Below are positions 37,396 through 48,324 of a stretch of DNA of 64,000 nt, piece after piece. How positions within the stretch are numbered: position 1 is the stretch's first letter; the number at the start of each line of letters is the position of its first letter. The notes below the pieces were generated by a model. That model ran no database searches. It saw only the letters and a list, made by a program, of their open reading frames with translations, and was not told the DNA's origin. The DNA lies in contig MCFE01000034.1 in the NCBI GenBank assembly GCA_002104905.1, forward strand, positions 62,001-126,000, in the 5' to 3' direction. The translations under genes were made by a program, and so were the position numbers. Origin of the DNA: Basidiobolus meristosporus CBS 931.73 (taxonomy: Eukaryota > Fungi > Basidiobolomycota).

Positions 37396-40300
37396 ATCAA
37401 GTGAAGACTACATATTCTATGTGTTGTCCCAGTCACTTCCAATATCTCCATGACTCTTACAGCAGGTTATGGGCCCCAAGCTGTCACTGTCTGCAATGTC
37501 TATTACTGCTTTTGCTGGAATATTTACCTCTGCTGAAAAGCTTGATGGTTCCAACCACCAAGTGTGGGAGGTGAAGATGAAGATGCTGCTACAAGAAAGA
37601 GGTCTTTGGGATATTGTCATGGGAGAAGAGTGCCCTCCTAAAAGTGTGGGAGAGGAAGCCTCAAAGTACCAGAAGAAAGAACAAAGTGCCTGTAAATGCA
37701 TTTATTTAAGGTTAAAGACAAACTGGGAATTCAATGCTTTAGAGCACAGACAACAAAGAGAGTCGGGAAGACATCAGTAGATGCATACCACTCATGTTCA
37801 ACTGCCATAAAAATGTATCTTAGACAAAAATTGTTTACTAAAAAGGTGCTGCCAGGAGAAGAAATGAAAAATCAAATTAACAGAATTACCCTGTTAGTGA
37901 ATGAGTTGAAATCTGCAGGAGTACCAACTACCAATGAGGATGCCATAGTTACCACCCTGAATAGCATGACTGACAAGTTTCAGGGCCTTATGTTAGCCCT
38001 AGAGTCCAAAACTGAGGATTTGACCTTAAATTACACACATGGAAGGCTCCTCAATGAAGAATCAAGAAAATCAAGTGCCAACAAGAAGGAAGAAGAAAAT
38101 GCCTTAACAAGCAATGACAATGAGCAAAGGAGGTATCTAAGACTCTTTAATTGCAGTAGCAACCACTTTTGTAACTACTGCAAAAGGAAAGGACACACAT
38201 TGGACCAGAGCCTCAAAATGAGATATAGTCAGCAGAGAGAGCATGAGTATGGAAATGCTGCAACAACTGAAGAGAGACCATTTATATGTGCACTGAATAT
38301 GACTACAAACAAGAATTCTCAGACATGCTATATTGACTCTGGAGTATCTCACACTTTGCACACCAAAAGGAGCTTTTACCCAATATCAATAAATTCCAAT
38401 TAAGAAGGTTTTCATGGGCAACTATCAAACACATGATTCAATGTGATAAGGAATTATCCAGGTACACACTAAGAGCAATGGAGGATGCCATACACTTACC
38501 TTCAAAGAAGTACTCTGTGTATCAAAATAGCCAAGAACCTACTATCTGTAAGCAAGGCCACAGCGGAATGACTCAGTTTCAGCTTTGACAATTCTGGATG
38601 CAGGATCACTGATCAATTGGTGCCCATATTACTTTGAGTATCAGAGATCAGAGTCTATACAAGTAGAGTTATGTTCCATCCTTTCTGAAAGCCAGTATAA
38701 ATAACGGAGATGAGGAAACTCCAATGCTTTGGCACAGGAGATTTGGACACATCAGCTTTGATTACTTGAACAAGACAATGAAAGACCAGCTAATTTCTGG
38801 AGTAAAAATTGATCCCCAGCAAATTTGGAGCACTGTGAAGCTTTCATATATGGGAAACAAGCCAGACAACCATTCAAGAGCACTGGGTCTTTCAAAACTA
38901 ATAAGAAATTAGATCTAATTCACTCAGATCTATGCAGACCTATGCAAAATTGAACCTCAGGTGGGATGAAGTATTTAATCATTTTTATTAGTGAATATAC
39001 AAGATACATGTGGGTCAACTTCATGGAGAAAAAGGAAGAAGCTCTCTCTAGGTATAGGGTGCTTAAAGCCATGGTATTGAGAGGAATTGATGAAAATACT
39101 CAAGAAAGGATGCTCTAACTATGGTAGAGAATAAGCCTCAAAACTCTTCATCCATTGCTGCAAGATTCATAGGATAACACAAGAGACTATTGAACCATCC
39201 CCCCACAGTAAAATGAAGTAGCAAAACATGCAAACAAATCAATGAATAATATGGCAAGATCAATGATCTATGACTAAAGATTTTCCTAAGCTTCTTGGCC
39301 AGAATTGGTTGCCACAGCTGTGTACCTTAAAAATAGGAGTCATAACAGAGTACTCTGTGATTCAACTTCATTTGAGGCATAGTGTAGACACAGACTTGGT
39401 GCAGAACATCTAAGAAAATTTGAGTGTACAGCATATGCCAAGAAACTGCCCAGAAATCAGTCAAAGTTTGAGTCAAGAAGTGTAAAATGAGTATTTTTGG
39501 GCTACTGCAATCAGAGCAAGACATACAGAGTCTACAATATCAAAGCAAAGGAGCTTATCAAGTCCAGGGATGTGTTGTTTGATGTGAATTCAAAATTCGC
39601 ACAAAAAAATGACACCAGATGATGTCAAAAATCTGATCTCATGTACACCAATAGTCAAGATTACGTCAGAGAAAAACAATGAAATTTTTCCACTCAAGAC
39701 AGCTCTAAAACTATGGTTCAGCTGAGCCACTGCCTAGGAATATGCTAGCAGTGACCATTCCAGTATCATAAACCAGGAGATCTCACTGAACCAGAAATAG
39801 CCCTTATTACTATATCAATGAGGGTACAAACTTAGCCTATGCTATTCAGTCCATATTGATGAGCCCCAGACTGTAAAAGAGGCCCTAAAGAGCCCTCAGA
39901 CAAAGTTTTGGAGATCTGCAATGACTGGGGAGTATCTGGCCCTGATGTAAAATCAAACTTGGGACTTATTCACATTACTAATCAACCAAAAATCAATTGG
40001 ATGCAGAGGAGTCTTCACAACAAGATGTAAGGCTGATGGTACAATTGAAAGATACTAAGCAAGACTTGTGGCCAAAGGATACTCTCAAACAAAAGGACTT
40101 GCCTATACTGAGACCTTTGCACTGGTAGCCAAGTTTAATTCCATTAGATTAATATTGGCTATTGCAGCCAAATATAAGCTTTTAATAAATCAAATGGATG
40201 TAGAAACTGCTTTTTTATATGGAGAACTTAATGAGGGTGTGCATATGGACCAGCCTGAGGGGTTAATTGACTAAGATAACCTCCATTTGATCTGCCAGCT

Positions 40301-41069
40301 AGAAAAATCCCTATATGGTCTCAGATAATCATCAAGAGCCTGGAATTACAAGATAGATTTGTATTTGGAATCTTTGAGTTTCAAAAGAAATAAAGCTGAC
40401 TACAGTATGTGTTGTAAAAATATGTGATTCCACCTAAATATTCACCTAATTTAGTTGCTTAGATCATTACCTTCAAACTCTAGGGAATGTGGTAAAAATT
40501 TGTAATTCCACCCAAATATTTACCTAACTCAGTCAATTAGATCATTACCTTCAAATCATAGATAACACTGACCAAACTCCTTGTTGGGAATTACAGTTAG
40601 TATAATGGGAACTATGGATCTAATCATAGTGTAGCAGTTAAGTGGATTTTTAGATACCTAAAAGGAACTGCTGATATCTGCTAAAGATACACTTATAAGG
40701 ATTCAGAACAGGATCTTGTGGAATACTCTGAAGCTGATTGGGCACAAAATTTGGAAGACAGGAGATCCTCCACAGGATACACCTTTCTTTACTGTAAAGG
40801 AGTAACTTCATGGAATTTAAGAAAGCAACCAACCATAGCTTTTAGTTGAGTGGGAGTGTTGTAAAAATTTGCAATTCCACCTAAATATTTACCTAGCTTA
40901 GTCACTTATATCATTACCTTCAAATCTTAGATAATACTGACCAGATTTCTTGTTGGAATTTACTTAGAATATTTTCACCAAAATACCAGGTACCCAGAGC
41001 ATGAAAATTTTCAAAGCTGTCTAAACAGCCGCAAACTTTGCACACATGTTCTTGGGACCTTCCTCAACC
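37396..41069 (+). mobile_element. Copia family B element B1 (decayed; 5' LTR remnant to 37464, nested LTR pieces 40410-40594, 3' LTR from 40857 truncated at 41069)
   Basis: PBS GGTTATGGGCCC at 37465-76. Gag (CNYCKRKGH), WHRRFGH, integrase and RT pieces. PPT GAGTGGGAG before 40857. Confidence 0.88.
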
Positions 41070-42884
41070 TGTTGTAAAGATTTCTAACTCCACCTAAACA
41101 TTTGGCCAACTTAGTCACTTAGATCTTTACCTTCAAATCCTAGGGAATACTTACCAGATTCCTTGTTGGGATTTACTTTGAATATTTTCACCAAAATATC
41201 TGGTACTTGGAACAAAAAAAATCTCAAAGTTGTCCAAACAGCCACAAACTTTGCACACATTCTATTGGGACCTTCCTTACCCTATTCTATGCGTTTGTAA
41301 TGCCCAGAACATATAAAAGTACAAATACTACTTTTACATTCAATAAATCATTAGACTTGTTCTGTTGGATAGTGCCACATTGAGCCATGAGTGCCAAATG
41401 TTACCATAGTGTGCCCGTGAGGCCAAGTGAGTCTATACTTGGCCACAGAGTGTGAAACATAGCTCTGCATCTTCATGCAAAGCAGCCCCTGTGTTTCACC
41501 CATTGTGCTGGAGAAAATCCATTTTTTGACCTTTTTTTTGGATCAACATTGTTCAGGATGTGTGAGAGCACAGAAAGACTGAAGACATGCATCTGATACT
41601 CAATACCCATGGCACTCTGAATCTAGCCCCTGTGGCTAGTAACATGTCACAAAAATGCATGGCACTATCTTGGTCCACTGGTACTATTTGGCACTATAAG
41701 TGCTTTATACAGGTTTTACTTTAGGGCTAATATTTAAATATAGTGCCAAATAGTACCAGTGGGCCAAGATAGTGCCATGCATTTTTGTGACATGTTACTA
41801 GCCACAGGGGCTAGATTCAGAGTGCCATGGGTATTGAGTATCAGATGCATGTCTTCAGTCTTTCTGTGCTCTCACACATCCTGAACAATGTTGATCCAAA
41901 AAAAAGGTCAAAAAATGTATTTTCTCCAGCACAATGGGTGAAACACAGGGGTTGCTTTGCATGAAGATGTAGGGCCATGTTTCACACTCTGTGACCAGGC
42001 TTGGGTTTGCTATGCCTTTCTGATATGCAATGGCACTATTTGGCACCTGTGGCTCAATGTGGCACTATCCAACAGAACAAGTCTATTGAGTGAGAACCAC
42101 ATAATCCTCCTGTTCTCCCAAATCACTTTCAATATCTCCAAGACTCTTAGAATAGGCTATTAGCCCCAAGCTGTTACTCTCTGCAATATCTATTACTGCT
42201 ATTACTGGAATATTCCTCTACTGAAAAGTTGGATGGATCTAACTATCAAGTGTGGAAGGTGAAGATAAAGATGCTGCTCCACAAAAGAGGCCTTTGGGAT
42301 ATTGTCATGGGGGAAGAATGCCCTCCAAAGAACAAGGGAGAGGAAGCCTTGAAGTACCAGAAGAAAGAACAAAGTGCCTTTAACTGCATTTGTCTTGATG
42401 TTAAAGACAAACAGCTACTTCAATGCTCAAGAGCAAAAATGGCAAAGAATGCCTGGAAGGCAATAGAAGACACCTACCTGTTATGTTCTGCTGTTAAGAA
42501 AATGTATCTGAGACAAAAATCCTTTACTACAAAGATGCAGCCAGGAGAAGAAATGCAAAATCTAATTAACAGAATTACCCTGCTGGTGGATGAGATGGAA
42601 TCTGTGGGCATACCAACTACTGATGCGGATGTGATAGTTATCATCCTGGATAGCCTGAAAGACAGGTTTCAGGGTCTTGTGTCAGCCCTACAGTCCAGAA
42701 CTGAAGATTTGACCTTAAATTACATATATAGAAGGCTCCTGGATGAAGAATCAAGAGAATCAAGCACCAATAAGAAGAAAGAAGAAAATCCTTTAATAAG
42801 CAATGATAACCAACCAAGGAGATACCCAAGACCTTTCAAAGGCCATAGCAACCTGTTTTGTAACTACTGCAAAAGGAAAGAACA
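41070..42884 (+). mobile_element. Copia family B element B2 (5' LTR 41070-42154 carrying a foldback element, PBS, gag; truncated)
   Basis: TGTTGTAAAG start. Decayed PBS GGCTATTAGCCC at 42155. Gag ORF 42229-42903. Cut by a CMC terminus at 42885. Confidence 0.88.
41353..42084. mobile_element. Foldback element, copy in LTR-B (732 bp)
   Basis: Arms 41353-41697 and 41740-42084 around a 42-bp spacer. TSD ATT at 41350-52 and 42085-87. The empty LTR-B site reads aatcATTgagtg (53057-53068). Confidence 0.93.
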
Positions 42885-42924
42885 CCCTATGAATAATTAT
42901 TGAGATGATCCCATCAAAAGACTG

Positions 42925-45283
42925 TCACAAAGTTAAAGTTTGGTGACTAAGAGGTACTGATCCCATCAGGACACCATGCAGAGACTGTTGATAAATAATT
43001 GCACCCCAGATTTCAGAAAAAACTTAGTCAAAATTTTTTGTCACAACAATGTGTAAGTGGCTTTTGAATAATTCTCTGCCTATTTGCCCACTTTCTGATC
43101 CCAGACACTCTGTTGCCTCCTACATTTGTGTGTATTGATTGGCTATTGCCTCTTTGTTGCACTCCTTACTTGCTGACTCAACTGCTTCTCTGACTTTTCA
43201 TGCATACAAACTGATTTATTTCAATTGAAACTTCAGTTGTACCTCAATTGCCTATTGTAATAACCTGTACAAGTCCCTATACCCTACACTAGCATTGAGC
43301 CCAACCCTACACTCAACAAGAAACTCCATTTAGTCCACCACTCAATAAGTATTTCTGCTGTAATGCTCTGGTTCCACAACTTTGGCGGGAACTCATCAGC
43401 TTTATACCACTGTTCATTCACTGGTTCCCAAATGACCTGGTTTTCAGCCAGCACTGCAAGGTCTAGCACCTCATCTGCTAGTCTTTGCAATAAATCCTTG
43501 CAATATTCTAGTGCATTTTCTTGAACACTGCTCTTGAAGAAGAGCTGTAACCTCTTGGTGTGCCTATTAACATTCCAAAATTCCACTGAAGGCATTGTGA
43601 TAGTCTTTTGAGCTCTTGACATTCTGGCCTTGTTTGTCAGTGGGATCTTCACTATGTCATCAATGAAGGATGCGGAGGCTGTGGTAGATAAATTGTCTTT
43701 TTCAGCAAACTCATCTACCTTGCTGGAGTGTAGCTCAACTGGCTGCGCTTCCAACTCTTGTGAAAACAGTTGTTTTCTTGTTGGTAATTCTTCTTGGCTA
43801 TGATGGAATTCAGTCTGTTGCTGGCTTACGGTGTCAATTGGCAAGAACTGCACTTTTTTTGCATGCCTTCCTGTCTCAGGCTTGGGTAGACATTTTTCCC
43901 TTTTCCTTTTCCTTTATCACTACCAGGTCTTTTGCTGCTACTTTGTCTGAGTGCTTCTTGTAAAGAACTACATTTTCTCCTAAATAGACTCTGCTCTGAC
44001 GCATCTGTTTTGGCTTGCTTGTCCCTTGCAGGCACTCTTCTGGCAACCTGACATTTCTTTTCTGCTTGTCTTGAGCTCTCAACTGTAGTTGTGACGGGCT
44101 GCTGTAAAAGCTGCTGGTTTTTATCACTGCCAGGTCCTTCACTGCTACTTTGACTGAGTGCTATTTGAGTGGTACTACGCTTTTCCCATGATAAATATTA
44201 TGCTGGTACATCCATGTCTGCCTGCTAGTCCCTAATTGGCACTCTTCCAGCTACTTGATGTCTTGTTGATGCTTGTCTGGAGCTTTTGGCCCTGCTTGTA
44301 ACGCGATCTTGGGGAAGCCACTGGTTTTTAGTCATGGTGCCCTTGCTCTTCTGTCTTTGATTGTTTCTGCTATTCTTAAGATACTTTCTTAGCATACCAA
44401 TGCTGGCCCAAAATCTGCTTGCCTATTTGAGTTCAGGATAATGCTCACAGAACAAGTCAAGTGCATTCTACTTGGCCTTGAGTTCCTGATGGTTGCATGG
44501 TATGCCAGCCTTAAGGTAATGGTGTGCTAGACCTCTGACAGCCTCTTGTATATTAACCCACTCTTCATTATTGCACTCAACAGCTTCACAGATCTTCAAT
44601 GTCATTTGATGTTTAGGCATTGGTATAAACACCACATTGTCTCCCTCCTATGTTGTGATAGGTTTTTCTATGGGCTTTATCTTTGGGGACTGTTGTTGTG
44701 CTTCAAAGACTATACAGTGTTCATTTGCTGCTACATTGGGAAATGGCTTAATGCATGGCTGTGACATTGAGCTACTTGAGTTCCTGCTTTGCAGCAAAGA
44801 TACTGCTTTCTCTACCTGGGATATTGATTGCCCAACATATATTATCTGCTTGTCCTGTTTTTGGACTATTTCCTGATCTCTCTGGGCCATTGCATCTATC
44901 CTAATAGCCACTGCACTTAAATGCTTCATTAATGCTTTGGTATGAGCTGACAACATACTTGCTAATATGGGTGGTGGTGATGTTATGATGGCCACTTGCT
45001 GGTCTTCACCCAATGGTACTGCATTTGCTACATTCTCATCTGCCTGAGCATAACAGTCAGCTTGTGACTTTGCAGAGGTTCCTAATTACCTACTTGGCTG
45101 AGAGCCTGAGGAGTCCGCATTATTACATCCAATGGGCACACTGTCCACAGGGCCTTTTTTGGATGTAGCCCTGCTTGTTGCACTGAATGTCAAAGTAAGC
45201 TGTTGTCCAACTGTTCTTCTGTTGCCATCAGCAGTAGGGTTTGATTGGGAACCAGACAACTTTGCTTTATTTTTTGGTGTCAT
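42925..45283 (-). pseudogene. CMC ORF2, unknown ~780-aa protein (coiled coil, predicted helical domain, 69-aa duplication)
   Basis: Near-continuous frame from MTPKNK through ORFs 45086-45283, 44648-45013, 43826-44035 and 43284-43853, with scattered stops. Homologous pieces occur at four other places in the window. Confidence 0.65.
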
Positions 45284-45399
45284 ATATATGGAAGGAAGTC
45301 AAGCCAAAGGGGCTATAGTGTTACATGTACATATGTATGTGGTGCCACAAATTTATTTATAATGCTTACCATGGCAGGTTATCATTGAATTTTACATTC

Positions 45400-46774
45400 A
45401 TGTAGGTGCAATATCTCAAATACAAGACTGTCTTAAGCTCACATGAGTATTGACCAAAAAGTGATATAATAGCATTATGTTGTTGAAGGTCAAACTGTTT
45501 GTCCCATTGACAAGACTACTTTGACTCAATGCCATAAGAGAAGAGAAAAAAGACCATGTGGCCATTGTGGTAAGCCTCTCAGCCATGAAGCATGTAAACA
45601 GCATAGGAAGTATTACAAGGGTCATGGCCAGTGTTTTGCCACCCAAGTCATATTTGACCATTCATCAGTCACTACTGTACCAACATTTTCCTGCCAGCCA
45701 GTTCATACTTCTATATTGGCACCTGGCCATCTTTGTCACCTTGCGTAAACTGAGACAGGTGAGTTTTTGATGCCTTTAGGCTCACCTCAGCCTTCTGAAT
45801 ATGGCATGCAGAGTGATAGCTCTGTCAAAGAAGGTTCACACATGGATTTTGAGCCTATCTCCCCTAACAACCATACCATGTATGAGCCTGGTCAAATCCC
45901 TATATGCAATGAGACAACACCTGTTGAAACAAATGCCAAGGATACTTTATAGAGCTAAGTGAGCCCAGTAATCCATCTACCAGTGAGAGAAGTAATGTTG
46001 AGGCTAGAGAAGTGGCATGTTTCTACTAATATCAGTAATGGGGGCTTTGAGGATTTATTACTACTTGTTGCCAAAATCATACCAGGATGCAACTTACCAT
46101 GTACATGGTACAAGTGGACAACTGCCATGCAGCTGGCAATATATGATCCAGAGACTGTCCTGATTCCAGCATGTGTTAATAGTTGCATGGCATTCACATC
46201 CAAAAATGCTACCATTGTAATGTGTCCAAATTGTCAGGAATCCACCACCATTGAGGGAAAACATTGGTCACACTCAGGATATATTCCAGTTATATCCTGT
46301 CAGAGGAAGCTGATGCAGTCCAGCAAATACTGCAAAGCTATAGAGTACTGCACCCAGTATTAATCAGGCACAAACATATCCAATATATTCAATGGCAAAC
46401 ATTACAAACAGCTAAGAAGCAAGGGCCACTTTGAATGTATGTATGACTATGCCTATGCTTTAGCACTTGATGGATTCTCATTAAACAAGTACTCCACCAG
46501 CAAATCCTGCTGGCCACTGATTCTCATCAATCTAAATCTGCTGCCTATGTTACGGTTTCAGAGCAATAATCTGATGGTAGTCTCACTGGTATCAAGGCCT
46601 AAATCACTGTCCAACCTGGATAGCTACCTGCATCCATTGCTGGATGAATTTTGTATGCTTTCCAGCAGGATAACAGTCAATGGTTGTCATGTAAAAGCAC
46701 ATATTATTATCTGCATTTGAGATACCCCAGCCATCAGCAAGATAGCTGATTTTTCCAGGCACAATTGATGGTAT
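45400..46774 (+). pseudogene. CACTA/EnSpm (Tnp2/Transposase_21-like) transposase, N-terminal half
   Basis: Motifs CGHC...H, ACVNSCMAF...CPNC, IFNGKHY, LALDGF, SCWPLILINLNL, PKSLSNLDSYLHPLLDE and DTPAISK, characteristic of CACTA transposases. Start position approximate. Confidence 0.85.
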
Positions 46775-47234
46775 TGTCATTATCACATGACATCCCTGGT
46801 CTCCAGTTATCTAGCCAAGTCAAGTCAGTGAAGAAATCCTAGTTCCTTCTAGAAAGTTCTACTACCTTCTAGCAACTTTTTGAAAGCTCCAAGTCAATGT
46901 TTTGTAATGGAACATTGTATGGAAGCGTCCCATTAGAATTTGTGCAGTCCTATGCCATATATGGTAACTACATGTCACATGACCTAGTCACATGATCAGC
47001 TGACTCCTGACATATCTCCATGTGATATTCCAGTCTGTTCTTTAGTATGTTCCATCTCAGCACACTTACTGTGCCTCACCCCAAAACCCCATCAGTATTA
47101 GCCAATATCTCTTGGCATCCATATTGCCAAAAAGTATAAATAGTCCTATCCCCCCTTATGTATTCCTCAGTCTGATAAACACAGGTCTTGAATAAACAGC
47201 CTTGCCTTGGAAACATGCCATGCCTTGTTGATCC
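46775..47234 (+). mobile_element. LTR family D, truncated copy
   Basis: Diverged reverse complement of ~49790-50242. TGTCAT start, TATAAATA and AATAAA. Cut at GATCC by LTR-B. Confidence 0.8.
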
Positions 47235-47626
47235 GGTTGTAAAAATTTGTATTTCCACCTAAATATTCACCTAACTTAGTCACTTAGATCATTACCTTCA
47301 AATCCTAGAGAATACTGACCAAATTCCTTGTTGGGATTTACTTAGAATATTTTCACCAAAATACCAGGTACCCAGTACATGAAAATTCTCAAAGTTGTCC
47401 AAACAGCCCCAAACTTTGCAGACATGTTCTTGGGACCTTCCTTAACCTATTCTACATGTTTGCAATACCAAGACCAGGTAAAAGTATAAAAACTACTTTT
47501 ACATTCAATAGATCATTAAGTGAAAACCGCATAATCTACTTGTTCTCCCAATCACTTCCAATATCTCCAAGACTCTTACAACAGGTTATGAGCCCCAAGC
47601 TGTCACTCTCTGCAATGTCTACTACT

Positions 47627-48324
47627 TGTTGTGCATCAACATTTAAAACTTAGCCAATTTTACTCCGTTTGAAAATCTAGTACCCTAACTGATATTCCCT
47701 AACCCAAAGATAACAAATCCCAGTTACAGTTTATTTTATCCCACCTCAGAATCTATTTTTAGCTATCACACCTGATCTATTTTCAAATGGTCATTACGTT
47801 ATCAACATATCTGCCAAGCCTTCCCAGGTGATTAGTCATCCAAAATCTATCCAACCATGGTGCAGTTGCCAAGACATCAGTTGATTGATGATGTAATTTT
47901 CATTTATCTTATGCACCTATGAACACCCAAATTGATTTCAATCAATCCAGTCCCTTGGTGCTTACTAATTCAACTTGATCAGAAAAGTATAAATAAAGTT
48001 TACTGAACCTTTTGGTTTAGTGTGTGTCTCAACGAAATTAAGATTCTGTCTCAGCAAAAATAAAGAATCCAACAATTCCGTTCTAGTTTCTATCCAAGCC
48101 TAGTATATCTAGCACTCCAAAGAACACCAAGCCTAGCCTGCCTAGCAAACAAATATCATTGTCTTTATAGCCAACCCAGCTATATCCAAGACCAAAATTA
48201 GATCAGAATCTTTCTGCTAATATTTCCACCACTCTCTGACAATTCTAAGATTCTGCACTTAGTTGTCCCTTTGGTTCAGTTAAACCATTCAAGAGTTTTA
48301 TTACACTTTCTCTTGGATACAACA
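47627..48324 (+). mobile_element. Solo LTR of orphan family C (698 bp)
   Basis: TGTTGT...ACAACA ends and perfect TSD CTACT. Inserted at codon 4 of the B3 gag. Orientation inferred from TATAAATAAA and AATAAA. Confidence 0.88.

Larger units (their letters stand above)
42885..46774. mobile_element. Longest CACTA/CMC copy: left TIR, ORF2 (minus), transposase 5' half (plus)
   Basis: Starts CCCTATGAATAATTAT. Two divergent coding remnants. Cut at 46775 by LTR-D. Confidence 0.82.

Noticed and set aside
16630-42084. Recurring GGCACTAT-type units read as a CRISPR array
   Set aside because: The units are motifs inside long inverted arms, not direct repeats with unique spacers. The context is eukaryotic and there are no cas genes.
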